DNA of 64,000 nucleotides. Origin: Cellvibrionaceae bacterium 1162T.S.0a.05 (GTDB lineage Bacteria; Pseudomonadota; Gammaproteobacteria; Pseudomonadales; Cellvibrionaceae). The first letter of the stretch is position 1; each line of letters begins with the position of its first letter. A program made the position numbers and the translations under genes. Of this stretch, positions 38,835 to 47,262 are shown piece after piece. Location: positions 1,700,392 to 1,764,391 of the forward strand of contig LANB01000001.1 in the NCBI GenBank assembly GCA_000964245.1, in the 5' to 3' direction. Below the pieces are notes generated by a model. The model saw nothing but the letters and a program-made list of their open reading frames with translations. It had not been told where the DNA came from and made no database searches.

Positions 38835-39392
38835 ATGGCCAGCGAGAGTATAGTTGCGCGCGTAAAATTGCTGTTCAGCTTATGCATGTTTCTGATTCTG
38901 GTTCATGCAGCGAATGTGTTTCTACAAGGCTATTTACTGCAATTCGGCATTTTACCGCGGGAACCCACTAGCCTGCCTTTTATATTCACCACCGTATTTA
39001 TTCATGGGTCCTGGGCGCATTTATTTAACAACCTCTTCGGCCTTGTAATTTTTGGTTCGCTTTGTCTTTTGCGCGGTCGCCGATATTTCATTAACGCCAG
39101 CCTCTTTATTATTGTAGTCGGTGGGCTACTGGTATGGGCGTTTGGTCGGCCAGCAATACACATCGGTGCGAGTGGATGGATATTTGGCTTGTGGAGTTTA
39201 AGTATTGCTCTTGCCTGGTACCAAAAAAGCTTTATCAACTTCGCTATAGCGGTGCTTGTTCTATTTTTTTATGGCGGGATGATATACGGCGTACTGCCAG
39301 CGGATAAAGCGATTTCATTTGAAGCGCACCTGGCGGGCGCCTTCGCAGGCATTCTATGTGCTGCAAATAGCAGAACACGAAAAATACGGTAA
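38835..39392 (+). CDS. Rhomboid-family intramembrane serine protease
   Basis: GASGWIFGL (GxSG) and AHLAGAFAGIL (catalytic His helix) with 6 TM helices. The start lies 4 nt after the giant ORF stop. Confidence 0.8.
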   Translation: MASESIVARVKLLFSLCMFLILVHAANVFLQGYLLQFGILPREPTSLPFIFTTVFIHGSWAHLFNNLFGLVIFGSLCLLRGRRYFINASLFIIVVGGLLVWAFGRPAIHIGASGWIFGLWSLSIALAWYQKSFINFAIAVLVLFFYGGMIYGVLPADKAISFEAHLAGAFAGILCAANSRTRKIR

Positions 39393-39452
39393 ACATACAC
39401 CTCAGAGCAATTTTTTTAACAAAGGAGAGTTACAAAAAGGAAAGGAGAAAAA

Positions 39453-39704
39453 ATGAAAAGGAAATTTTCAGTAAAAGTCAATCATTATGCAGCAAAAGCA
39501 ATAGATGTAAATTTTAATAGTAATGAAGAGACAATCGCAATCAACCTTGTTTTATTGATGATTGTTGGTGGAGTCGCATGGTATGGAATCGAACATAAAA
39601 TATGGGGATTGTTCTGGTTTTTTATCGTTGCCGGTACCCTTATAGGGATATCCCTGTTAATCGATTTATACTTGCTTATTAAGAAAAAGATATGTCCAGA
39701 TTAA
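39453..39704 (+). CDS. Small two-TM membrane protein
   Basis: RBS AAAGGAGAAAAAATG. 83 aa. It overlaps the start of the PLD-like gene. Confidence 0.4.
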   Translation: MKRKFSVKVNHYAAKAIDVNFNSNEETIAINLVLLMIVGGVAWYGIEHKIWGLFWFFIVAGTLIGISLLIDLYLLIKKKICPD

Positions 39705-40387
39705 AAGAGCTTGAACAAAAACTTCTAATCACATTCGAAGATCTGCGTTTATCCAAGCTGGAAAAATATGAGTTGCAGAAGCTTGTGACTGAATGCTCGG
39801 AAGAGGAGCGTCGTTTTCTCAAGAATCGGGCTTTTGCTATTTTCAGGGAGCATTTAAATCATTTTGAAGATGCTGCTGATGCTTATTCGTGGCTTGAGCG
39901 TTGCGTAAAGGCACTAGCGCTTCCGCAAAATCATTTGGCGAAACCACGGGTCTATTTTTCGCCAGGTGAAACGTGCCGGCAGGCCATCGTACATGAAATA
40001 AAAAACGCCCGAGAGAAAATACAGATTTGCGTGTTTACCATTTCAGACAACGTAATAAGTGAAGCACTATTGCAAGCTTTTGAAAAGGGTATAGACCTAA
40101 AAATTATTACCGACAATGAAAAAAAGGAAGATCGGGGATCCGATATTAATGCGCTAAAAAACGCGGGCATCGCAGTAAGAGAAGATGCGAGCCCGGATCA
40201 TATGCATCACAAATTTGCGATTTTTGATAACGACGTACTTATAAATGGCAGTTTCAATTGGACGCGAAGTGCAAGCCTTCGAAACCACGAGAATATCGTG
40301 GTCCACCGCCAACCGCAGCTTGTTGCTGAATTTCAAAGAGAGTTTGCTAGACTGTGGACTCAATTTTCCAAAGAGGGGAGACGATAA
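39692..40387 (+). CDS. Phospholipase-D-superfamily (single HKD, Nuc-like) protein with an N-terminal helical extension
   Basis: HKD motif HHKFAIFDNDVLINGSFNWTRSA. About 140-aa PLD core after a 90-aa coiled-coil N-terminus. Confidence 0.7.
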   Translation: MSRLKELEQKLLITFEDLRLSKLEKYELQKLVTECSEEERRFLKNRAFAIFREHLNHFEDAADAYSWLERCVKALALPQNHLAKPRVYFSPGETCRQAIVHEIKNAREKIQICVFTISDNVISEALLQAFEKGIDLKIITDNEKKEDRGSDINALKNAGIAVREDASPDHMHHKFAIFDNDVLINGSFNWTRSASLRNHENIVVHRQPQLVAEFQREFARLWTQFSKEGRR

Positions 40388-40917
40388 TGCATTGCCCGGT
40401 ATGTAAAGAACCCGATCTGGAGCCCAGAGAACTTGAACGTGGACTGGTAGGCGCAGTGTGTCAATCTTGCGAAGGCGCACTTTTATCATTGATACAGTAC
40501 CGCTATTGGGTCGATCATCATGATGACAAGGAACTTAAACCTTTGGAGGAGGGGCCAATCAAGGAAAGTGAAAATGCCTTGCTGTGCCCAAAGTGCCAAA
40601 AAATGATGACTAAATATCGCTTGGGGGCTGGAACTCGCCACCGTATAGATCTTTGCGGTCATTGCGATGAGGCCTGGCTTGACAAGGGGGAATGGCAATT
40701 GCTCAAACAATTGGATTTACACAATCAATTGCCTTCTGTTTTTACCGAGGCTTGGCAGCGCAATATTCGTAAACAAAAAGAACGTCAAAGCCTGGAAAAA
40801 CACTATGAACAAGAAATTGGAGAAGAAGATTTTTTAAAAGTAAAAACATTTAAAGAGTGGCTCGACAAGCATCCGAAACTGGGGCAGATAAAACACTATA
40901 TCAATATCAAGTTTTAA
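40387..40917 (+). CDS. Zinc-ribbon protein with four CxxC pairs
   Basis: CPVCKE...CQSCEG and CPKCQK...CGHCDE. The start ATG overlaps the PLD stop (TAATG). Confidence 0.6.
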   Translation: MHCPVCKEPDLEPRELERGLVGAVCQSCEGALLSLIQYRYWVDHHDDKELKPLEEGPIKESENALLCPKCQKMMTKYRLGAGTRHRIDLCGHCDEAWLDKGEWQLLKQLDLHNQLPSVFTEAWQRNIRKQKERQSLEKHYEQEIGEEDFLKVKTFKEWLDKHPKLGQIKHYINIKF

Positions 40918-40929
40918 GGGGAGTGATTA

Positions 40930-41165
40930 TGACTGAAGCAAGAGACTATCTGGAGTTAACCTTTCGTTCGATCAATTGCTTTGCCGACGATGGCAAGCTC
41001 GATGTTCAGGAGTTGGATAGTTTAATCAGCATCGCGCTACGCGATGGTGTTGTTGATGATAACGAAAAGCGTGTTTTGCAAGCGATTATCGGTCGATTGA
41101 ACCAACAAGAGCTGACTGAGGAAATGCAGGCTAGAATCAAACAAATCCAGAACACTTATTTCTGA
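40930..41165 (+). CDS. TerB-like (tellurite-resistance TerB fold) small protein
   Basis: [38 protein letters not shown] is a TerB/DjlA-N type acidic helix pair. 78 aa. Confidence 0.5.
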
Positions 41166-41272
41166 TCCCGGTGTTCATTTTGAGAGGGTTTGCGATTGTG
41201 AATGCCGTCACGCAACTTTCTCCTTTCATTTTGCGTATAGATTCAGGACTTTCCAACAAAAGGATGTACGCA

Positions 41273-41470
41273 ATGTTAGTGTTAACTCGAAAAATCGGCG
41301 AAACCGTCATGATCGGCGATGATACTGCTGTAACCGTGTTGGGCATGCGCGGTGGCCATGTCCGTATCGGAATCGCCGCACCAAAGGAACTGCCCGTTCA
41401 TCGTGAAGAAGTGTATATAAAAATCAAGCGTGGGATGGGTGTACCCGGCTATACCTTCGAGAATTGCTGA
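41273..41470 (+). CDS. csrA: Carbon storage regulator CsrA
   Basis: [48 protein letters not shown] is near-identical in pattern to E. coli CsrA. 65 aa. Confidence 0.9.
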   Translation: MLVLTRKIGETVMIGDDTAVTVLGMRGGHVRIGIAAPKELPVHREEVYIKIKRGMGVPGYTFENC

Positions 41471-41709
41471 ACGTTGATAAAACAGGGCCCTCATCAAACG
41501 GGCAAATGCGGGCCTTGTATATTCGTGCAGCCCCTGTATATTCGATAGTACAGGCATAACAGCGCTCAGACGCCGATCAAACAGCCGCAGTCTATGCCTA
41601 CTTGCATAGCGTGGCGAGTTGGCATTTCAAACGCCCTTTCCCCCCTAAAAGCGGTTTTTTTGGTATAAAGTGCCCTCCCAAATTTCCTGCACTTTGTCAT
41701 GGAGGCCAT

Positions 41710-43317
41710 ATGCGCTTACTTTTCGGGCTAATCGGCACAGTTCTTTTAATTTCCTGCAGCACCAGGGACGCTGAACTCTTTAATGAAGATCGCTATCGTG
41801 AGCATATTAAAGTGCTTGCATCAGATGAATTCGAGGGGCGCGCACCAGCGTCGGCAGGCGAAGTTAAAACCATAAACTATCTCTCTGAACAATTTGCAGC
41901 ACTGGGCATACCAGGTGCAAATAACGGTTCTTATACTCAAGGCGTTCCCCTCACATCTTTGGAAGTCACGAATAAACCTGTACTTAAAATCCATGGCCAG
42001 GGTGAACACGCCGAATATGCTTACCAACAAGACTTTATGGTCGCGTCATTTCAACAGCAAGCGCGTATAGGCCTGGACTCTGAACTGGTTTTTGTCGGGT
42101 ATGGCATTAATGCACCGGAGCGCAATTGGAACGATTACGAGGGCCTGGATGTAAAAGGTAAAACCGTGATCGTGTTGGTGAACGATCCGGGCTTTGCGAC
42201 CCAGGACCCCGCCATCTTCAATGGCAATGCAATGACCTACTACGGCCGTTGGACTTATAAATATGAAGAAGCGGCGAGGCAAGGTGCTGCAGCGGCAATC
42301 ATTGTTCACGAAACGGCGCCAGCTTCCTACCCCTGGTCTGTGGTCACGGGAAGTTGGTCGGGTAAACAATTTGATATTCAACGCGAAGACGGTGGTAAAA
42401 ACCTGTTAAAGGCTGAAGCCTGGATAAATATTGACACCGCGCAACAGGTGTTCGGCATGGCCGGGATGGACTTCAATAAACTGAAACTTGCTGCACAACA
42501 GCCAGGGTTTCGCGCAGTGAATTTGAATTTACGCGCGCAGACTGAATTGGAAATGGCAATTGAGCACACCGCTTCCAATAATATTGCCGCTTATATTGAA
42601 GGCAGCGAAAAACCCGATGAAGTCTTTATTTTTACCGCACACTGGGATCACCTTGGTGTAAACCCGCAGTTGGAAGGTGACCAAATTTACAATGGCGCTA
42701 TCGACAATGCCACCGGAACGGCTGCACTTCTGGAGCTGGCTGCCGCGTATAAAAATGATAAAACACCGCCGAAACGCAGTGTGCTCTTCCTTGCTGTGAC
42801 GGCAGAGGAACAAGGGCTATTAGGGTCGAACTACTATGCGGAATTCCCCTTGTTTCCAATCGAAAAAACCGTCGCGGGTTTAAATATGGATGCCTTGAGA
42901 GCGATAGGCCCTGTAAAGGATGTGGTTGTGATGGGTTACGGTTTTAGTGATTTGGACAACTACCTCAAAGATGCGGCAGTGCAATTAGACCGCGAAATAT
43001 TACCGGATGATAAACCGCAAAATGGTTACTACTTTCGCTCGGACCATTTTGAATTAGCAAAAAAAGGCGTGCCCATGATTTATGCTCGTGGCGGTATCAA
43101 TCATTTGGAAAAGGGGCCGGAATATGGCAAGGAAATGTCGCAAGCCTATTCAGAAAATGAATACCACCAAGTGTCTGATGAATACCGTGAAGACTGGGAT
43201 TTACGTGGCGCCTTGCGTGACCTTGAACTGTATTACCGTACTTCGCGCTTGATTGTTGATGGTGATAATTGGCCTGCCTGGAGCGAAGGCAGTGAATTCA
43301 AAAAACTTCGTCCCTAA
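41710..43317 (+). CDS. M28-family aminopeptidase with a PA domain, lipoprotein
   Basis: A GGAGG RBS precedes the ATG at 41710. The lipobox is LISCST. M28 metal ligands are in HWDHLG...DNATG...EEQGLLGS. Confidence 0.8.
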   Translation: MRLLFGLIGTVLLISCSTRDAELFNEDRYREHIKVLASDEFEGRAPASAGEVKTINYLSEQFAALGIPGANNGSYTQGVPLTSLEVTNKPVLKIHGQGEHAEYAYQQDFMVASFQQQARIGLDSELVFVGYGINAPERNWNDYEGLDVKGKTVIVLVNDPGFATQDPAIFNGNAMTYYGRWTYKYEEAARQGAAAAIIVHETAPASYPWSVVTGSWSGKQFDIQREDGGKNLLKAEAWINIDTAQQVFGMAGMDFNKLKLAAQQPGFRAVNLNLRAQTELEMAIEHTASNNIAAYIEGSEKPDEVFIFTAHWDHLGVNPQLEGDQIYNGAIDNATGTAALLELAAAYKNDKTPPKRSVLFLAVTAEEQGLLGSNYYAEFPLFPIEKTVAGLNMDALRAIGPVKDVVVMGYGFSDLDNYLKDAAVQLDREILPDDKPQNGYYFRSDHFELAKKGVPMIYARGGINHLEKGPEYGKEMSQAYSENEYHQVSDEYREDWDLRGALRDLELYYRTSRLIVDGDNWPAWSEGSEFKKLRP

Positions 43318-43493
43318 CCAGGGCAGAGCATAAGGCGTTCGGGTAGGCGTGTGTTTCTACCGCAGGGCTGAACACACCGCCCGCTACCCGGCCCCTAAAG
43401 CGCAGCGTCACGTGTCGAGCCCTGCTATAATAGCGGTTTTTTACAGGAAGGCCCTAAGGGCCTTCCGCTTCCAGTTGTACATTTCGGACTAGC

Positions 43494-44903
43494 ATGAACT
43501 CCAGATATTTAAGCCTGATTGCGACGTTTATCGTAAGCACATTGATTTACATCCCCACCGCCCACGCCGGCTTTATTGATTATTTCAAAGACGAAGAGGG
43601 CGAAACCAAGTGGCAATACGTCGCGAACTTCACAGGGTCGGTGTTGATTGTCTTGCTGACCATCACCGCTCTGGCCCTGCTGGTGAATTCTTTTAAATTA
43701 CGTCGTTCCAACCGGGCACTTCGTGAGATTCGTAAAAACCTCCAGCGTATGGTTGATGAGCGCACTGCGAATTTAAATGAATCCAATCGCCTCTTGCAAA
43801 AATCAATGGATGACCTCGAAATGTCCGAGGCCTACCTGAAGAGTATTCTTGATTCGATGCCGCTGATGCTTATCGGCCTGGACAGTGAATTAAAGATCAC
43901 CCAATGGAATGCCAGCGCTGAAAAAATTTCTGGTGTAAATAGCGAGAAAGTATTGGGCCAGTATTTATGGGATGCCTACCCCACCATCAGCATCATGCCC
44001 GACCAGGTAAAAGAAGCGATGGAAGAGAAAAAACCTGTGAACATTCGTCAGGGCCAACGCGGCATGTTCTATTTCGATATCACACTGTATGCGCTCAAAA
44101 CATCGCGCGGCAAAGGCATGGTGATTCTTGTTGACGATGTTACACAGCAAACCAAAACTGAAAACCTCGCAATACAACGCGATAAAATGTCTGCGATTGG
44201 TGAATTAACCTCCACCATGGGCTACGATCTTTTACCACCCTTGCGTGCGATTTTAAGCGGCCTGGATTTATTGCAAAATCAAATTGGCAGTGAAGGAGAA
44301 GCACTCAGCAAAGGCACAATAGCACCCGTTTTAATTGATGCAGTAGAACACGGTAAACAAGCTTCAGCCATTATTAACAATTTATTGCATTTCTCTCGCA
44401 GCCTGGATGATAAAAAACAAAAAGCCGCTTTGCCCGAGCTTATTGATCATTCGCTTGACTTGGCTGAATCACTTTTCAGTTCCTCATCGGGTTTGCGATT
44501 CAAGGAAATAAAAATCATAAAAAATTATTCACCCGACTTACCTCAAGTACCCTGTTTTGCTGTGGGCTTGCAGCAAGTGTTCCTGAGTTTATTTCGCCAC
44601 GCTTTTCAAACTTTTGATCGCGGTGAAAAAGCCAATATCGAGCCGACTATCACCGTTGATTTAAGCATGTTCTATGATTCACTCTGGATCAAAGTCCAAC
44701 ACAACGGACGCGGTTTGAGCGGCGAAGAACAGCAGGTCATTTTCGAGCCCTTTTTTCAAAGCGAGCAGAATCCGGACGAAAACGTTGAAAATCGATTGTC
44801 GTTTTCCTACTTTATTATCACGGAAGACCACGGAGGGCGTATGTCAGTGACCTCCGACCTGGAAATCGGAACCACCTTCCATATTCAATTGGAACTGCGC
44901 TAA
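43494..44903 (+). CDS. Sensor histidine kinase (TM-anchored, PAS domain, HisKA, HATPase_c)
   Basis: A PAS-like segment (ILDSMPLMLIGLDSELKITQWNASAEKISG), an H-box region and the G-boxes of the ATPase domain are present. Confidence 0.75.
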   Translation: MNSRYLSLIATFIVSTLIYIPTAHAGFIDYFKDEEGETKWQYVANFTGSVLIVLLTITALALLVNSFKLRRSNRALREIRKNLQRMVDERTANLNESNRLLQKSMDDLEMSEAYLKSILDSMPLMLIGLDSELKITQWNASAEKISGVNSEKVLGQYLWDAYPTISIMPDQVKEAMEEKKPVNIRQGQRGMFYFDITLYALKTSRGKGMVILVDDVTQQTKTENLAIQRDKMSAIGELTSTMGYDLLPPLRAILSGLDLLQNQIGSEGEALSKGTIAPVLIDAVEHGKQASAIINNLLHFSRSLDDKKQKAALPELIDHSLDLAESLFSSSSGLRFKEIKIIKNYSPDLPQVPCFAVGLQQVFLSLFRHAFQTFDRGEKANIEPTITVDLSMFYDSLWIKVQHNGRGLSGEEQQVIFEPFFQSEQNPDENVENRLSFSYFIITEDHGGRMSVTSDLEIGTTFHIQLELR

Positions 44904-44928
44904 CAGAGCGTGGCGGGGAAATGAAAAA

Positions 44929-44947
44929 GGGCTTGTGAAACAAGCCC
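44929..44947 (-). terminator. Terminator hairpin between convergent genes
   Basis: GGGCTTG-tgaaa-CAAGCCC with a poly-T on the minus strand. Confidence 0.55.
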
Positions 44948-44956
44948 CTGGTAATC

Positions 44957-45187
44957 TTACTCAGCGTCGCCTTCAGAAGCTTCCGCTTCAGCTGCAACTT
45001 CTTCTTCAGCCGCGGCTTCGGGTTCAGGTTCTGGCTTGGGCTCTGGCTTCTTCAGCAGGCCTTCTTTTTGCAGAATTGCGACTTTCTCTTCGCCATTGAT
45101 CCACTTTCTGCCAGCAGCACGAATCGCGTAACGCTTGTCATTGCGCTCGAAAATGGCGTACTCGGCGGTCTTCTTTACTAGTTTCAT
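44957..45187 (-). CDS. Small hypothetical protein with a PEPK/E-A-rich acidic tail
   Basis: RBS GAGGAAAGG. 76 aa (MKLVKKTAEYAIFERNDKRYAIRAAGRKWINGEEK...). The longer annotated ORF would overlap the tRNA and is rejected. Confidence 0.45.
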   Translation of the reverse strand: MKLVKKTAEYAIFERNDKRYAIRAAGRKWINGEEKVAILQKEGLLKKPEPKPEPEPEAAAEEEVAAEAEASEGDAE

Positions 45188-45283
45188 TTGCCTTTCCTCG
45201 TTGATTAAAGGGTGCGCGATTGTATAGCGTGTTTTGACTGGTTGCAATAATGGCCTAAGGCCAGGTATCATTCGTGCCGCACC

Positions 45284-45360
45284 GCACCCGTAGCTCAGCT
45301 GGATAGAGTAGGTGGCTTCGAACCACTTGGTCGGGAGTTCGAATCTCTCCGGGTGCGCCA
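45284..45360 (+). tRNA. tRNA-Arg (anticodon reads TCG)
   Basis: Manual cloverleaf: 7-bp acceptor stem GCACCCG/CGGGTGC, D-arm GCTC/GAGT, anticodon stem GGTGG/CCACT with loop CTTCGAA, T-arm GGGAG-TTCGAAT-CTCTC, 3' CCA. It is near-identical in architecture to E. coli tRNA-Arg(ACG). Confidence 0.85.
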
Positions 45361-45364
45361 AATA

Positions 45365-45398
45365 AAAAAACCCCTGCAGAAATGCAGGGGTTTTTTTA
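45365..45398 (+). terminator. Bidirectional intrinsic terminator after the tRNA
   Basis: A-run, CCCCTGCA-gaaa-TGCAGGGG, T-run. Confidence 0.7.
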
Positions 45399-45492
45399 TT
45401 TGGTGGTCCTGGAAGATGAAAACTCCTCAGTTCGACAAATTTGACAGGATCAAATTTGGGCGCCCAAAGGGCGGGCGAAGCCCGAGCCACAG

Positions 45493-45558
45493 GGAGGTGG
45501 CGAGTCCATCTCTCCGGTTGCACCAGATCAAAACCCCTGCAGAAATGCAGGGGTTTTT
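45493..45558 (+). repeat. Direct repeat of the tRNA-Arg 3' end (degenerate T-arm/acceptor) plus a second copy of the terminator hairpin; att-like remnant
   Basis: GGCGAGTCCATCTCTCCGGTTGCACCA compares with the tRNA GGGAGTTCGAATCTCTCCGGGTGCGCCA. It is followed by an identical CCCCTGCAGAAATGCAGGGG hairpin. Confidence 0.6.
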
Positions 45559-45569
45559 GATTCCAGGGC

Positions 45570-46085
45570 CTACTGCAAACAATCTGCGGGGCTCAATACA
45601 CCTTTACCCCCTCTATTCACGACATGTGTATAGATTTCTGTTGTAGAAATATCAGCGTGCCCTAACAATTCCTGAATAGTACGGAGATCATAGCCAGACT
45701 CGAGTAGGTGCGTAGCAAAACTATGTCGGAAACCATGAGCCTTGGCAGGTTTATGAATTTTCGCTGCTTTTAGCGCCTTTCGAATTTGCTTGCTCAGTGC
45801 GCTTGCGTGTAGATGATGTCGTCGGAGTTCACCATTCCTGGGGTCAGGCCCTATGCGGGAAGATGGAAAAAGAAATTGCCAGGCAGTTTCGCGTGAAGCA
45901 CTCGGGTACTTCCTTTCAAGGGCATCCGGTAAATAAACACTGCCAAAGCCATTGCTAATATCTTTACGGTGTAAGCGCTCAGCTTTTTTAATTTGTTCTT
46001 TCAAATCTGGAACAAGTTTTTGTGGAAGTATCGTTGTACGATCCTTGTTTCCTTTTCCAGCCCTTACATAAATGTTATTGGCATA
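45570..46085 (-). pseudogene. intI: Integron integrase (IntI) fragment; the C-terminal about 170 aa are intact and the N-terminal about 150 aa are missing
   Basis: The translation matches the IntI-specific C-terminus, including the additional domain and catalytic residues. This window reads [18 protein letters not shown]...[41 protein letters not shown]...[12 protein letters not shown]. Recalled IntI1 reads SGIDPRSGVRRRHHMY...[56 protein letters not shown]. Upstream in frame, [18 protein letters not shown] is like IntI1 IIVREGKGSKDRALMLPE. An in-frame stop follows, with no N-terminal homolog in any frame. Confidence 0.8.
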
Positions 46086-46213
46086 GAAACCTATATTCCA
46101 TTTTCAATTGTCCTGCGGCAATATAATTCGAAATGCTTAGAGTTAAGTTACTGATTTGATTTAACTTTTGAATTTGTTCAAGGGACCCCTGAAATTAATT
46201 CCCCGTAGATCGC

Positions 46214-46361
46214 TTGGCTTGTTAATTCTGAGCTGTTAAAGTCATAGACAAACCTATGTTATTGAATTTAAATAGGAATTTTTTAATTTCAAGATTTCAT
46301 TAGCCGAGTTATAAGGCGAGGTGTTATGTGGCCTCTTGGCTTATTAATTAACTGTTAAGGC
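46214..46361 (+). promoter_or_regulatory. attI-like region with two imperfect 27-bp direct repeats and a GTTAAGG core at the first cassette junction
   Basis: cttggcttgttaattctgagctgttaaagtc (46214-46244) versus cttggcttattaattaactgttaaggc (46335-46361). GTTAAGG at 46354-46360 lies 8 bp before the first cassette ATG. Confidence 0.5.
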
Positions 46362-46367
46362 TACCTA

Positions 46368-46703
46368 ATGAAGAAAGCACTACTTTTCTGCATATTTATA
46401 TCAAGCTGCGCGTTTAATAACGGATATTTCGTGGCAAGGGAATTCTATGGCAAGCCCTATAACATTCCTGTTTACGATGGCCTAGATTTAGGTGAAGCAG
46501 AAAGCGCAGTTAGCTTTGTTCAAACAATCATTGATGAAAATGAATATATTATGAATGTATCAACTGTCACAAGTTATGTAGTTATTAGGACTCATGTTGG
46601 CATTCCAAATAAGAACCAAGCCGGAAAAGCGGGCCCCAGCTACTATCTTCGAAAAACTGAGTCTGGATGGGAAGCAAATGAACCAGTCACATGGATAGAA
46701 TAA
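46368..46703 (+). CDS. Integron cassette ORF 1: small lipoprotein/secreted hypothetical
   Basis: Signal/lipobox MKKALLFCIFISSCAF. 111 aa. The stop lies 10 bp before the attC inverse core. Confidence 0.5.
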   Translation: MKKALLFCIFISSCAFNNGYFVAREFYGKPYNIPVYDGLDLGEAESAVSFVQTIIDENEYIMNVSTVTSYVVIRTHVGIPNKNQAGKAGPSYYLRKTESGWEANEPVTWIE

Positions 46704-46712
46704 ATTCTACAT

Positions 46713-46804
46713 GCCTTAACAAGCCAAAGCACTATTCGCCGCAAAAAGCGCGGCGCGGACTCGCTACACGTTGTTTCGCTCGCCCGTGTTTGGGGCGTTA
46801 AGGC
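46713..46804 (+). repeat. attC site 1 (92 bp)
   Basis: Inverse core GCCTTAAC-AAGCC at the 5' end and GGGGC-GTTAAGGC at the 3' end form an imperfect palindrome. The next ORF starts 6 bp after the core. Confidence 0.7.
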
Positions 46805-46809
46805 TCACT

Positions 46810-47262
46810 ATGAAAAAATTAATAACAAGTACACTGTTTTTGTTTTCTCTAAATGTTCATGCCATTGAATGCCCTGAGTCGGATAAGCTCGATCTAAATG
46901 GATTTTGGGATAAGTCCATCGAAGTGTTTCTTGGCAGGGTTGTTTCTTCGAAGTTAATTGAAAGCAGTGACCCAGAACTAATTGAAATAACAATAAAAGT
47001 TAAAGAAGTATTTAAAGGCAATCCGAAAGCAGAAATTACAACCAAATCATACGAGTCACTTTCTTGGGCAGGAACTACGGTTGGAATGAACTCAATCTAC
47101 TTCAGTGATGGTAAAAACTATATTGATGTATGCTCAAAAATACTTGAAATAAACCCAGGAGAAATTGATTTAGAGGAATTATTCGTTTACACAGACAGAG
47201 CAGATATAACATATGCAAAGGATATTGAGAAAGTGCTTAAGCTTTCCGGGAAAATGCCTTAA
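46810..47262 (+). CDS. Integron cassette ORF 2: secreted hypothetical protein
   Basis: Signal peptide MKKLITSTLFLFSLNVHA. The stop codon TAA lies inside the next attC inverse core GCCTTAAC. Confidence 0.5.
   Translation: MKKLITSTLFLFSLNVHAIECPESDKLDLNGFWDKSIEVFLGRVVSSKLIESSDPELIEITIKVKEVFKGNPKAEITTKSYESLSWAGTTVGMNSIYFSDGKNYIDVCSKILEINPGEIDLEELFVYTDRADITYAKDIEKVLKLSGKMP

Noticed and set aside
41602-41709. Annotated longer start of the M28 peptidase at 41602
   Set aside because: The downstream ATG at 41710 has a perfect GGAGG RBS and begins a lipoprotein signal (MRLLFGLIGTVLLISC). The upstream extension is Pro/Lys-rich and implausible.
43440-43470. Palindrome AGGAAGGCCCTAAGGGCCTTCC upstream of the histidine kinase gene, and a similar GGCCTAAGGCC at 45252
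   Set aside because: They are short GC palindromes that could be REP-like elements or attenuators. The evidence is insufficient for a function, and no array was seen.
45188-45646. The long form of ORF 44957-45523 and ORF 45353-45646
   Set aside because: Both run through the tRNA-Arg gene and the duplicated terminator hairpins, so these parts are not coding. Only the RBS-preceded 76-aa version (44957-45187) is kept.
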